Below, piece after piece: positions 37,652 through 50,065 of a stretch of 64,000 bases of DNA. The first letter of the stretch is position 1. Every line of letters begins with the position of its first letter. Below the pieces are notes generated by a model. It did no database searches. It was given only the letters and a program-made list of their open reading frames with translations, and was not told the origin of the DNA. Both the position numbers and the translations under genes were made by a program. This DNA is from Heterodontus francisci (Eukaryota): NCBI RefSeq assembly GCF_036365525.1, contig NC_090404.1:8556001-8620000 (forward strand), read 5' to 3'.

Positions 37652-38549
37652 GCCGCAGGTTTCTGGGTCACAGTTGCTGTCTGCTGAGGGCTTTTTACAA
37701 CAGCGGATCACACACTGACACGTGAATACATTCCTGTGCGGGCAGAACCCGAGCACAATCCACATAAACACCATCTAAAACCATTCACATCGATCACTGA
37801 TTCAGTCTGATTATCACATTAACTGTGTGAGGGCAGAATTGGCTGCTGTTTATTTGTGTATCTCTGGGAATTCGCCATTCACATTGAGAATACAAACTCC
37901 AGCAGGTGACCTGGAACTAGTTATATCCGTGCACGGCTACTTCCGATATAACACACTGAAAATGAACAAACAATGATTGGTTTAAAATATCAGTCTGCAG
38001 TGTAAATAGAGGCCTGCCAGCTGGGAACGATCCAAATTATTAAAGTAACTTGATTAAACAGTTCTCAATGTCGAAGACAGTTACACGTATTAACACTAAG
38101 AATCTACAATATAATCGAGTTTTAAGAGGTCGTTTTCAGGACAGCATTAGAAGCTGATGAACAATGATTAATAGACTAATAATCTGTAAGGACAGGTGTG
38201 ATGTGTCTGGGCTCCGGGCCAGATGGTCAGAAGACCGACTGAATACAAAATGATCATAGAAACAGTATCAGAGAGGTTGCCAATATGAAGAGCAAACCGT
38301 GAAAAGGGTATTGTACCAAGACTAGAAAATGGCGCGCACAGTCACTAAAGAGACTGTGTAAATTACAAGATGAGCTAATGGTTTAATATGGTTCGTATTA
38401 ATTAAAAATAAGAAGAACACAATGACGTTATCACTTCCACAAGACGTTACTAATATGTAAAAGACACAACATGTATCTGAAACAAGTGAAATATAAGAGC
38501 TTGAGACAATGCAGGAACCTCAAGGTTATTGTCAAGGATATAAAGCGTG

Positions 38550-38680
38550 ATAAAAACAAGAAATGCTGGAACCACTCAGCAGTTCTGGCAGCATCTGTGG
38601 AAAGAGAAGCAGAGTTAACGTTTTGGGTCAGTGACGCTTCTTCAGAACTGACAAATATTAGAAAAGTCACAGGATATAAA
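38550..38680 (-). mobile_element. Penelope pLTR fragment, inverted relative to the element at 39120-41310
   Basis: Matches 61955-62085 and the reverse complement of 41200-41310. Confidence 0.75.
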
Positions 38681-39119
38681 TCGTGACCCTGGTTGTGGTT
38701 CTCCTTTAATAAGTCTTTACAGGTACAAAAGAAGGACTGAGCTTTTCTTTGCAACTGAAGGTATTCACAATGGTCAGTTTATCACATCAAAGCTGCTCCC
38801 AATGGGAACGAATAATGTCACTTCTATTGCACGCATTGCCATAGCTGGTAAGATTGTAAGCAATCTGACTTGTGAGTTGTGCTTTCTCTTGTACCAAATA
38901 AAACTATTTAATTACCATAACCGTTTTGGTATAGTTCCCTCTTGAATATCTTATAACAGGAACTCGGAAACAATATATTTCTCCGAAGTGATGGAAACAT
39001 TGCTGGGGGAAATTTAAATTTATTCCACCAGATGGCAGCAAACCTCCAGGAAGCACCCTGCAGCACATGCCTGGAAACGCTGGTCTCCTCCAACAGTTCA
39101 CACACAGAGACGGCCGTGA

Positions 39120-41310
39120 AGCTAACTTGTGGACGCTCAGCGCCAACTCTCAGACATTTCTTCATAACTTCCCCTGGACTATGACCCACCGAACATCAAG
39201 CGACTGTCCACAGGACTGTCACTGACCTCATCTCCTCTGGAGATCTTCCGTCTACAGCCTTCCACCTCACAGACCCGCAACCCCGGACAGCCTGCTTCTA
39301 CCTCCTTCCCAAAATCCACAAACAGGACTGTCCCGGCAGACCCATTGTTTCAGCCTGTTCCTGCCCCACTGAACTTATCCTATCTTGACTCGATCTTTTC
39401 TCCCCTAGTCCATTCTCTTCCCACCTACATCCGTGACTCTTCTGACTCCCTACGTCATTTTGACAATTTCCAGTTTCCCGGCCCTAACCGCCTCCTCTTC
39501 ACTATGGACGTCCAATCTCTCTACACTTCCATCGCCCACCAGGACGGTTTGAGGGCTCTCTGCTTCTTCCTTGAACAGAGGCACAACCAGTCCCCATCCA
39601 CCACCACCCTCCTCCATCTGACTGAACTTGTTCTCACATTGAACAACTTCTCCTTCAACTCACTCACTTCCTTCAAGTAAAATGTGTTGCAATGGGTACC
39701 CGCATGGGTCCTAGTTATGCCTGTCTTTTTGTGGGATATGTCGAACATTCCTTGTTCCAGTCCTACTCAGGCCCCCTCCCCCAATCTTTTTCCGGTACAT
39801 TGATGAATGTATCAGTGCCGTTTCCTGCTCCCGCCCCGAACTGGAAACCTAATCAACTTTGCTTCTAATTTCCACCCTTCTCTCACCTTCACATGGTCCA
39901 TCTCCGAAACTTCCCTTCCCTTCCTCGACTTCCCTATCTCCATCGCTGGGGATAGGATGTATACTAATATCTATTATAAACCCACCGACTCCCACAGTTA
40001 CCTCGACTACAATTCTTCACATGCTGCCTCCCGTAAGGTCTCCATTCCATTCTCCCAGTTTCTCCGTCTCCGATGCATCTGCTCTGATGATGCTACCTTC
40101 CATGAAAGCGTTTCTGATATGTATTCCTTTTTCCTCAACCCAGGATCCCACCCCCTCAACCCCATTGTGGTTGACAGGGCCCTCAACGGTGTCTGGCCCA
40201 TTTCCTGCACCACTACCCTCATCTCTTCCCCTCCTTCCCAGAACCGCGACAGGGTTTCCCTTGTCCTCACTTTCCACCCCACCAGCCTCCATATCCAAGG
40301 GGTCATCCACCACCATTTCCGCCACTTCCAGCGTGATGCCACTACCAAACGCATCTTCCCCTCCCTTCGCCTGTCAGCATTGCGAAGGGATCATTCCAAC
40401 TGCGACACCCTGGTCCACTCCTCCATTACCCTCACCACGTCGTCCCCTTTCTACGGCACCTTCCCCTGCAATCGCAGGAGGTGTAATACCTGCCCATTTA
40501 CCTCCTCTCTCCTCACTATCCCAGTCCCCAAACACTCCTTCAGGTGAAGCAGTGATTTACTTGTACATCTTTCAATGTAGTATACTGTATTCGCCGCTCA
40601 CAATGTGTTCTCCCCTACACTGGGGAGACCAAACGCAAACTGGGTGACTGCTTTGCAGAACACGTCCGCTCAGTCCAAAAGCATGAGCCCGAGCTTCCGG
40701 TTGCTGGCCATTTCAACACTCCCCCCTGCTCTCATGCTCACAACTCAGTCCTGGGATTGCTGCAGTGTTCCAGTGAACATCAACGCAAGCTGGAGGAACA
40801 GCATTTCATTTACCGATTAGGCACACTACAGCCTGCCGGTCTGAACATGGAGTTCAATAATTTCAGAGCATGGCGGGCCCCCCATTTTACTTTTATTTTT
40901 AGTTATGTTCTCTTTCTTTTACTTATTGTGTTTATTTTATTTTAGTTTGTTCAGTTTGTTTCTACAGTACCTACCCACTGCGTTTTTATTCATGTTTGTG
41001 CTTGTGGCTGTTCAGTTTTCAGTCCATTCACATCCTATCTGCATTAATGCTTTGTCTTCACACCATTAACATACTGTTTGTCTTTGTTCCATGACCTTCT
41101 GGTCAGCTATTCTGTAACCTTGTCCTATCAACACCTTCTCTTTTGTTATCTCTTGCACCCCAACCCCGCTTTACTTGCTTAAATTCTTTTACATTTCTTA
41201 TATCTGCGTTCTGAAGAACGGTCACTGACCTGAAACGTTAACTCTGCTTCTCTTTCCACAGATGTTGCCAGACCTGCTGAGTATTTCCAGCGCTTTTCGT
41301 TTTTATTTAA
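39120..41310 (+). mobile_element. Penelope-like retroelement (RT plus GIY-YIG), degenerate
   Basis: MDVQSLYTSI, AMGTRMGPSYA, FRYIDE, YYKPTDSHSYL, FTCTSFNVVYCI...GETKRKLG; 3' pLTR. Confidence 0.9.
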
Positions 41311-41659
41311 CCTAACTTCACCCACTGGCTGCTCCAGGACTTGTCTATCAAATACTCCGTGGTTTCAAATCTAATTGTCTCCTGGGATTAAATTGGTGAG
41401 TTCACCTGTTGTCAGGGAAGCGGATTCTCCAGCCTGACCCGGTCACACTCGATGGTCTTTACAGAATCCAAATTCCGCGCTTCGAAGAATTCTAACATCC
41501 ATTCTGTCAATAACGTCACAGTCAGGTTCTCGATGACTTGGTGAGAAATGTGAAATCCATTCGCACCTTAAGAAGTATATTTTGCAGAGTTATATTACAC
41601 CCTTGTTAACTGGCCTCACTTATTAATGCATTATACGTGATTTCTGTTCATTTTACAAT

Positions 41660-42185
41660 AGGACTTGTGTCAATTACTATTGAACTCGACCATACTTCTG
41701 TTTATTTTACACTGGACCCTGTCTCAGTTATTATTGCACGAGAATATGTCTCTTTGTATTTCACTAGGTTCTGTCTCACAAATGACTGCGTTCGGCCATG
41801 TCTCTGTTTATATTATAATTCGCCCATGTTTCTTTGTTTATCTTACATTAGGCCCTGTATCAGCTATTACTGCACTAGAATATGCCTCTGTTTAAATGAC
41901 ACTAGACTCTGTCTCAGTTATTACTACACTAGACGATATCTCAGCCTATATTACACTAGATACTGTCTCGTTTATTGCTGCAATCGCCCATGTATCTTTG
42001 TTAATATCACACAAGGCCCTGTATCAATTACTACTGCACTAGAACATGCCTCTGTTCATGTTACATTAAGTACTGTCTTTGTTATTACTGGACTGGGTCA
42101 TGCCTCTGTTTATGTGACACTGGACCTTTCAACTTTTATATCACTGCAGGCCCTATCTCACTTATTACTTCACTAGGCCGTACAT
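41660..42185. repeat. Degenerate tandem repeat (~54-bp period)
   Basis: Recurring ACTAGGCCCTGTCTCAGTTATTACTGCACTAGAACATGCCTCTGTTTA-like units. Confidence 0.65.
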
Positions 42186-42344
42186 CAATTGTTGGGAAAA
42201 TGCCAGAATCTATTCTAAAGGATGTGATAAATGGGCACTTGGATAATAATGATATGATTGTGCATAGTCAACATGGATTTATGAATGGGAAATCTTGTTT
42301 GACAAACCTGTTGGAGTTTTTTGAGGATGTTTCTAACAGAATTT

Positions 42345-43268
42345 TTTTTATTCTTCCATGGGATGTGGGCGTCACTGGCCATGCCAGCATTTATTGCCCA
42401 TCCCTAATTTCCCTTGAGAAGGTGGTGGTGAGCTGCCTTCTTGAACCGCTGCAGTCCATGTGGGGTAGGTACACCCACAGTGCAATGGAGTTCCAGGATT
42501 TTGACCCAGCAACAGTGAAGGAACGGCGATATAGTTCCAAGTGAGGATGATGTGCGACTTGGAGGGGAACTTGCAGGTGGTGGTGTTCCCATGCATTTGC
42601 TGCCCTTGTCCTTCTAGTTGGTAGAGGTCGCGGGTTTGGGAGGTGCTGTAGAAGGAGTCTTAGTGCGTTCCTGCAGTGCATCTTGTAGATGGTACACACT
42701 GCTGGCACTGTGCATTGGTGGTGGAGAGAGTGAATGTTGAAGGTGGTGGATAGGGTGCCAACCAAGCCGGCGGCTTTGTCCTGGATGGTGTCGAGCTTCT
42801 TGAGTGTTGTTGGAGCTGTACCCATCCAGGCAAGTGGAGAATATTCCATCATACTCCTGACTTGTGTCTTATAGATTGTGGTCAGGCTTTGGGGAGTCAG
42901 GAGGTGAATTACTCGCTGCAGGATTCCTAGCCTCTGACCTGCTCTTGTAGCCACGGTATTTATATGGCTACTCCAGTTCATTTTCTGGTCCATGGTAGCC
43001 TCCAGAACGTTGATAGTGGGGGATTCAGCCATCGTAATGTGATCGAATGTCAAGGGCAGATGGTAAGGTTCTCTTTTGTTGGAGATGGTCATTGCCTGGC
43101 ACTTGTGTGACGCAAATGTAACTTGCCACTTATCAGCCCAAACCTGGACATAGTCCACGTCTTGCTGCATTTCTACACGGACTGCTTCAGTATCTGAGGA
43201 GTCGTGAATGGTGCTGAACATTGTGCAATCATTAGCAAACATCCCCACTTCTGACCTGATGATTGAAG
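42345..43268 (-). mobile_element. LINE RT 3' part nested between CR1 fragments (42190-42345 and 43270-43600)
   Basis: ORF 42391-43431: MFANDCT, WADKWQVTF, YKTQVRSMMEYSPLAW. Confidence 0.85.
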
Positions 43269-44912
43269 GAAAGCTAAGATGGTTCCCCTGGTTGGGGAGT
43301 CTCGAACCAGGGTACATATTTTCAAAATAAGGGGGAAGCCATTTCGGACAGAGATGGGGAGAAATTTCTTTACCCAGAGGGTTGTGAATTTTGGAATTCT
43401 CTAACCCAGAGGGCTGTGGATTCTCAGTCATTGCGTATGTTTAAAGTGGAGATTGACAGATTTCTAAATACAAATGGCATAAAAAAAATAGAGGGATAGT
43501 GTGGGGAAAAGGCATTGAATTGGAGGATCAGCCAAGATCTTTTTGAATGGCATACAGGCTCGAAGGGCTGAATGGCCTACTCCTGCTTCTGTGTTCTTAG
43601 ATAATGCCACTGTTTACATTCCGCTGCCCTACAATACATCTTCAATTCCTGTGCAGTGCGACAGAGTTTAAAGGCACGGAGACCTTTACCAACCTGACTG
43701 CAGCTCGGTGACTCTGACTTCCCTTAGTATACCAGAGACTTGCCATTGTGCTGAGTCCAGTGCCCCTCATATACCAAGTAACAGCTTTCTATGACACAGA
43801 CCGCCCCCGCCACCCCCCCCCCCCCCCGACCCCCCCTTCTCCCAGGTCTGGAAGAGATTGGGAAGTTATCTGTGTCCAGAATGATGGTGGTGGTGTTGGT
43901 GACTAGGAGGGTAGTGACTTTTGTCATATGACAGTCTCCCGAATGGTTCCTTCCTGAGCCTGTGTGAGGTGTCTGCCGCAATGATCTGAGTCTATGGGCT
44001 GCTCCGCGGGAATCACCTTTTAACCACTGAGTATAGACTGTCACTGAGCTGATCCAGAGAGGGAAGCTGCACTCACCTGCACAGGGATATTGATCACAAC
44101 GTCCTTTTAGTTAATCACATTCTCCCACTTAATATATATAATTGCTTTATTTTACGTGCTGTTTGTTCAACCTCTCGTTCCCGTGCCTTTGGACTGTGGG
44201 TGGGAGCTCATGCCTATTGGGAGTTGTGTAGAATCTTGGGAAGATGCAGCCACAATGTGCAGCGCGCTGTCAGACGCTCAAACACACACCGAGAGGAAAC
44301 CAAATTAACCTCGGATCAACTGTCACCCAACTGTTTCCAGGAGCGGCCGAGAAAACAAACTGGAGAATCCAATCGGACGGACACATCCGTCACTGAACCA
44401 TTCTATCGATTAAACCATCCTTGCTTCTCATCAACTGTTTACTCCATTAAAATCATGGATCGATGTTCAGATCAGCACCGAGACAGAGGTTGCTGACACT
44501 CAAACGTCCCTCAAACATGCATAGGCACGTCACGCACCTGTTCTGCGTGTTTCTCCCTATTTCCCCCATTCCCTTTACAGTTCCTAGATTTCCACACATT
44601 TCCCTGTCCCTTGACGACACGATACTTTCTGCATTTGAGATGTGTATCACCAAGCTTCAGTCAGACTGTGTCAAATCAGCCCTCCCATTATTCATTTGTA
44701 TTACACAGATGAGTGCCTGGCCTTTTCCCTAACTGAACGGCAACGGGGCCATTGTAATGGAGGAACACTCAGCACAACCCTAATGAAAGTGTTCAGTTTC
44801 TGTTCCTGCATCGATCTCCCTCTGCTGATGTCTCTGTACCTGCACCTTTATCTCTTTCCACCTGTTACTGTCTCTCTGCATCACGAAACTCAGTCTCACC
44901 TTTAACTCTTTG

Positions 44913-45110
44913 TGACGTCACACTGCAGACTGTGTGACGTCAGGCGGCAATTGGTGTGATGTCATTCTGCAGTCTGTGATGTCAGGTTGTAGTCGCTGAG
45001 GTCAGAATGCAGTCGGTGTGACGTCAGCCTGAAGGCTGTGTGATGTCATTCTGCAGTCTGTGATGTCAGGCATCAGACACTGAGGTCAGACTGCAGTCGG
45101 TGTGACGTGC
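44913..45110. promoter_or_regulatory. Array of ten CRE/ATF-like motifs (TGANGTCA) at 20-22-bp spacing
   Basis: TGACGTCA x3, TGATGTCA x4, TGAGGTCA x2, TGACGTGC x1; regulatory function is inference. Confidence 0.45.
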
Positions 45111-45451
45111 CTATGTAGGCTTGAGAAACGTTTGAGTGTCAGCACCCTCTGTCTCGGAGCTGGTCTGGACATTGATCTATGATTTTAATGGAATAAACAG
45201 CTGATCAGAAGCAAGGACGGTTTGACCAGTAGACTGATTCAGTGACGGATCTGTCTGTCTGATTGGATTCTGCAGTTTGTTTTCTCGGCCGCTCCGGGAA
45301 ACAGTTGGGTGACAGTTTGATCCAAGGTTAATTTACTTCCCTCTCGGTGTGTGTTTGAGCGCTTGACAACGCGCTGCATATTGTGGGTGCCTCTGCCCGC
45401 GATTCCACACAACCCCCAATTGGCAGGAGCTCCAATCCACAGTCCAAAGGC

Positions 45452-45945
45452 AGTTTTTGTACAGTGCTGAGACTATTTTCCATCACTGTGAGTCCCAGAG
45501 ATTGCGCGGTAATACACGACAGCATCAGTCAACTGCAAATCGATAATGGTTACACTTGTGAAGGAGTCTGAGGCTGCGAGTTCTGAAGAGAAACGGATTC
45601 ATAACCATCCTTTCCATTCCACTCTCTCCCAGGACCGTTTCCACACAACAAACTGGTGCTCCTTCTCTAGTTGCAGCCGGGAACAATATAAATAATACCT
45701 GTCTTCAGCGGTGCTATCGGTAAATCTTGCAGTCACCGTTTCACCTACTCTTCCACTCACTGAAGACTGGGGCTGAATAACAGAATCTCCATCACTCCGA
45801 TCTGTAAAGTTTTCAGGAAGGAGATAAGATCGAATATTCAAAGGATTCATTGAAAAAAAAAGTATTAGTTTGAACACGCAATATTGGAGACATCCTTACC
45901 GACAGCAAAGAGCCCAAACACAACCCATTTGCTGAATATCCGCAT
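45452..45945 (-). pseudogene. TCR alpha/delta V pseudogene (leader 45945-45900, V exon 45801-45491, 23-RSS 45490-45452)
   Basis: MRIFSKWVVFGLFAV|gtaagg; DRSDGDSVIQPQSSVSGRVGETVTARF...GWL*IRFSSEL...LQLTDAVVYYRAISG. Both Cys and the Trp are lost, but the RSS CACAGTG-23-ACAAAAACT is intact. Confidence 0.88.
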
Positions 45946-47092
45946 GCCTGCTGTCGAGCCCGAACGTCTTGGTCCCTTTAAAATCCCAAACCCGGACCGG
46001 AACAGACTCCTTCAGAGGTTCCTATTGGTTCATCGCCTCTTCCTGGCCTCACTGTTCCCCTGCAATGACGCAATCTCCAGTCAACCGCCAGATATTCAAA
46101 TGAGATTCCAACCAGGGCCCTGGGTCACCTGCAGTCCTTTGATCCACAGCATAAACTATTTGCCGATGGAGTCATTCTTTCAGTGAGCACAGTCTAGAGC
46201 GTGCGGTCAACTGCAGCCTTGCTGAGCTCCGGGGATTTGTTTCATAGGCCTGAATGGGTCAGCTTACTCACTGATTGTTTATTTCTTCCCGTGTCTGATG
46301 GCTGCCCAAGGGGAAAGAAATCTATTCCCATGCACATTTCATGTTTACGCTCCGTGCGGTATCTGGAGAATTATTGATGGCAATTTAAAATAACTGACAC
46401 AGAGAGACCGGGGGAAATCTTCCGTTTGTGCATCCTCAGCAGAAGATTCATCAAACTCGATCTCCACCAGTCAGTTCAGTCTGGTTAGTGATGGGAAGTG
46501 AAATAAACTGAACTTCTTTATCTACATTCAGCACCCATTTTTGTCACTTTGAAATAATGTCTGACCGCCATCAACCAACTGTGTTGGTAATTTCTTATCG
46601 GGACCATGAGGCCGTGTCCCCAAATATCTGCTGAAACCGGTTAGAATAATGTCTGCCTGAAACTAATAGGAGGCGCCATTCCACTGTGCTGAAAGTAATC
46701 GCATGGGGAGGGAAATGGTGGCGATTGACACGGGAGAAACTCCTTGTGCTGTCTCCCTTCATTTCATATTTTAATATTTAATATTTGAAGGGGAGACAAT
46801 TCCAGGCATATGTGAAAAGGTGTGGGACTAATTGGACGGCTCTGTATAGCAAACAGCACAGGAAGGATGGGGCGAATTGCCTCATTCTGCGCTGTAGGTT
46901 TCGGTGATTCTGGATCCGAGACGATGCCAGTGATTGCTGTCACTCAGTTTCTCACAGTGACCTGGACCTGCTTTACCAGAAACCGCCCGGCTTCTGCCTT
47001 ATGGAACTGACCGAGGAACTCAACCTGCCCGATTGATTGGCACTGCGGGACAGTTTCCAGAGTGTCACAGAATCAGTCTCTTGTGAACCCTT

Positions 47093-48280
47093 CACACAAG
47101 GTGCTGCCTCCTGGGTCCATCTCAGTGTGTGTGTCAGCTCCCAAGGTGCAACCTCCTGGGTCCATCTGTGTGTGTGTGTCAGCTCACAAGGGGCTGCCTC
47201 CTGGGTCCATCTCAGTGTCAATGTCAGCTCACAAGGGTCTGCCTCCTGGGTCCATCTCAGTGTGTATGTCAGCTCACAAGGGGCTGCCTCCTGGGTCCAT
47301 CTCAGTGTGTATGTCAGCTCACACAAGGGGCTGCCTCCTGGGTCCATCTCTGTGTGTATGTGTCAGCTCAGAAGGGGGAGCCTCCTGGGTCCACCTCAGT
47401 GTGTATGTCAGCTCACAAGGGGCTGCCTCCTGGGTCCATCTCAGTGTGTATGTCAGCTCACAAGGGGCAGCCTCCTGGGTCCACCTCAGTGTGTATGTCA
47501 GCTCACACAAGGGGCTGCCTCCTGGGTCCATCTCAGTGTGTATGTCAGCTCACAAGGGGTGCCTCCTGGGTCCATCTCCGTGTGTATGTCAGCTCACACA
47601 AGGGGCTGCCTCCTGGGTCCATCTCTGTGTGTATGTCAGCTCACAAGGGGCTGCCTCCGGAGTCCATCTCAGTGTGTATGTCAGCTCACAAGGGGCTGCC
47701 TCCTGGGTCCATCTCAGAGTATGTGTCAGCTGACACAAGGGATGCCTCCTGGGTCCATCTCTTTGTGTATGTCAGCTCACAAGGGTCTGCCTCCTGGGTC
47801 CATCTCAGTGTGTATGTCAGCTCACAAGGGGCTGCCTCCTGGGTCCATCTCAATGTGTATGTCAGCTCACAAGGGGCTGCCTCCTGGGTCTATCTCAGTG
47901 TGTATGTCAGCTCACAAGGGTCTGCCTCCTGGGTCCATCTCAGTGTGTATGTCAGCTCACAAGGGGCTGCCTCCTGGGTCCATCTCAGTGTGTATGTCAG
48001 CTCACACAAGGGGCTGCCTCCTGGGTCCATCTCAGTGTGTATGTCAGCTCACAAGGGGCTGCCTCCTGGGTCCATCTCAGTGTGTATGTCAGCTCACACA
48101 AGGGGCTGCCTCCTGGGTCCATCTCTGTGTGTATGACAGCTCACACAAGGGGCTGCCTCCTGGGTCCATCTCAGTGTGTATGTCAGCTCACTCAAGGGGC
48201 AGCCTCCTGGGTCCATCTCAGTGTGTATGTCAGCTCACACAAGGGGCTGCCTCCTGGGTCCATTTCATTGTGTATGTCAG
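47093..48280. repeat. 42-44-bp minisatellite, about 27 copies
   Basis: CACAAGGGGCTGCCTCCTGGGTCCATCTCAGTGTGTATGTCAGCT units; explains the long repetitive ORFs. Confidence 0.95.
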
Positions 48281-48424
48281 TTATTAGCAGCATCACTCGG
48301 CACTGCCTTCTGTGTCTATCACAGTGATGTCAGCTCGCAACAGCATCACTCGATAGTGTGTTAGCTTCTGACCGCCATTATATCCGACTTCAACAGGCGG
48401 AGCCCAGGCATCCAAAGCGGCGGC

Positions 48425-48655
48425 AGTTTCTGCAGGAGGATTTAATGGTTCCCGTTGCTGTGAGCCTCAGGGAGCAGCAATAAACTGCAGCGTCGGTCAG
48501 CTGCAGGCCCGAGATAGTTAAACTGGCGAATACAGTCCCGACTTCGAACTCTGCAGAGAAAGGGTTGTTGCAAAATTTGCTTTATTTTCATAACCGCTGC
48601 TGCAGCTCATCAGCATAAACTCGGTTTGTGAGTCTGGGTGTTGAAGACACCCATT
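48425..48655 (-). pseudogene. 5'-truncated TCR V pseudogene with degenerate RSS
   Basis: LQHPDSQTEFMLMSCSSGYENKANFA/PFSAEFEVGTVFASLTISGLQLTDAAVYCCSLRL, then CACAGCA-22-GCAGAAACT. Confidence 0.75.
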
Positions 48656-49189
48656 CTAATCCCCACTCTGCTACCATGGCTCAGGATTCTCTCACCTCAC
48701 TTCTTTGTGTCCCCAGTGGTGCTGTGAGAGCGGTAGGTGGCGAGCTGGCTGTCAGTGAATGGAAACACCCCGAGCAGGGCTGCAGTCACTGTCCTTATAG
48801 GGAGAATGGTTTCGCTGTTCGAGACCGAGTGGGCATGATACCATTGAGCGCTACTGTGCAGGTTGACCGGAATGTTGACCATAGCAGCACACACAAAGTC
48901 CACGATTCCTTGTTTTCATGGTGTAAGTTGCTGTGGCTTTACTTTCCTCTGCAACCGTTCTGAACACGAACCCACCATTCCACCATGTTTTTGATGTAAT
49001 AAAATAATGGCCATTACCACCATTAGGATCAGTGGGAATTGGTGCAAGTTAGGAAAGAGGGAGCAGAGGTTTAGATGACCTCGAGTTTACAAAGGACAGA
49101 ATGTGGGAGGCGGCATGGAGTGTAATAGAACAGTCAAACTTAGAGGTAACGAAAGCCTGAGTTGCAAGATCTGTTCGAAATCTTTCCTA

Positions 49190-49875
49190 TTTAACACGAT
49201 GGTAGTGTCACACAACACAATGGAGGGGATCCTCAATGTGAAGACGGGACTTTGTCTCCACTAGGACTGTGCGGTGGTCACTCCTACCAATACTGTCATG
49301 GACAGATGAATCAGCGGCAGGCAGATTGGTGAGGACGAGGTCAAGTATGTTTTTCCCTCTTGTTGGTTCCCTCACCACCTGCCGCAGACCCAGTCTAGCA
49401 GATATGCCCTTTAGGACACGGCCAGCTCGGTCAGTGGTGCTACCTAGCCAGTCTTGATGATGGACATTGAAGTGCCCAACCCAGAGTACATTTTGAGCCC
49501 TTGCTACCGTCACTGTTTCTTCCAGTTGGTGTTCAACATGGATAAGTACTGATTCATCAGCTGAGGGAGGGCGGGAGGTGGTAATCCGTTGGAGGATTCC
49601 TTGCCCAAGTTTGATCTGACGAAATGAGACTTCGTGGGGTCGGGAGTCATTGTTGAGGACTCCCAGGGTAACTCCCTCCTGACTGTATGCCACTGTGCCA
49701 CCACCCCTGGCAGGACATACCCGGGGATGGTGATGGCAGTGTCTGGGACATTGTCTGTCAGGTATGATTCCATGAGAATCACTGCGTCAGGCTGTGGCTT
49801 GACTAGTCTGTGGGGCATCTCTCCCAATTTTGGCACTAACCCCCCGATGTTAGCAAGGAGGACTTTGCAGGGTCC
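49190..49875 (-). mobile_element. LINE endonuclease-domain fragment abutting the RSS array
   Basis: LWVGHFNVHH, VREPTRGKNILDLVLTN, IGRSDHRTV (APE-type endonuclease motifs). Confidence 0.85.
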
Positions 49876-49900
49876 ATGTCTGTAATCCCCACTCTGTTCA

Positions 49901-50065
49901 AGTTTTTGTACAACTCTCTCCATGCTCTGTATCACTGTGTGTCAGTAATCCCCACCATGTTCAGGTTTTTGTACAGCTCTCTCCGTGCTCTGTATCACTG
50001 TGTGTCAGTAATCCCCAACATGTTCAGGTTTTTGCACAGCTCTGTCCCTGTTCTGTATCACTGTG
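49901..50065 (-). repeat. Tandem array of three 23-RSSs (63-bp unit)
   Basis: Nonamers at 49901 (AGTTTTTGT), 49964 (GGTTTTTGT), 50027 (GGTTTTTGC); CACTGTG at 49933, 49996, 50059. Confidence 0.95.

Noticed and set aside
47000-47090. ELTEEL/TCPI resembling a TRIM RING start
   Set aside because: Too short and frameshifted to support.
47037-48287. 416-aa and 335-aa ORFs
   Set aside because: Translations of the 42-44-bp minisatellite.
48319-48346. Isolated CACAGTG heptamer
   Set aside because: No nonamer at 12 or 23 nt and no adjacent gene segment.
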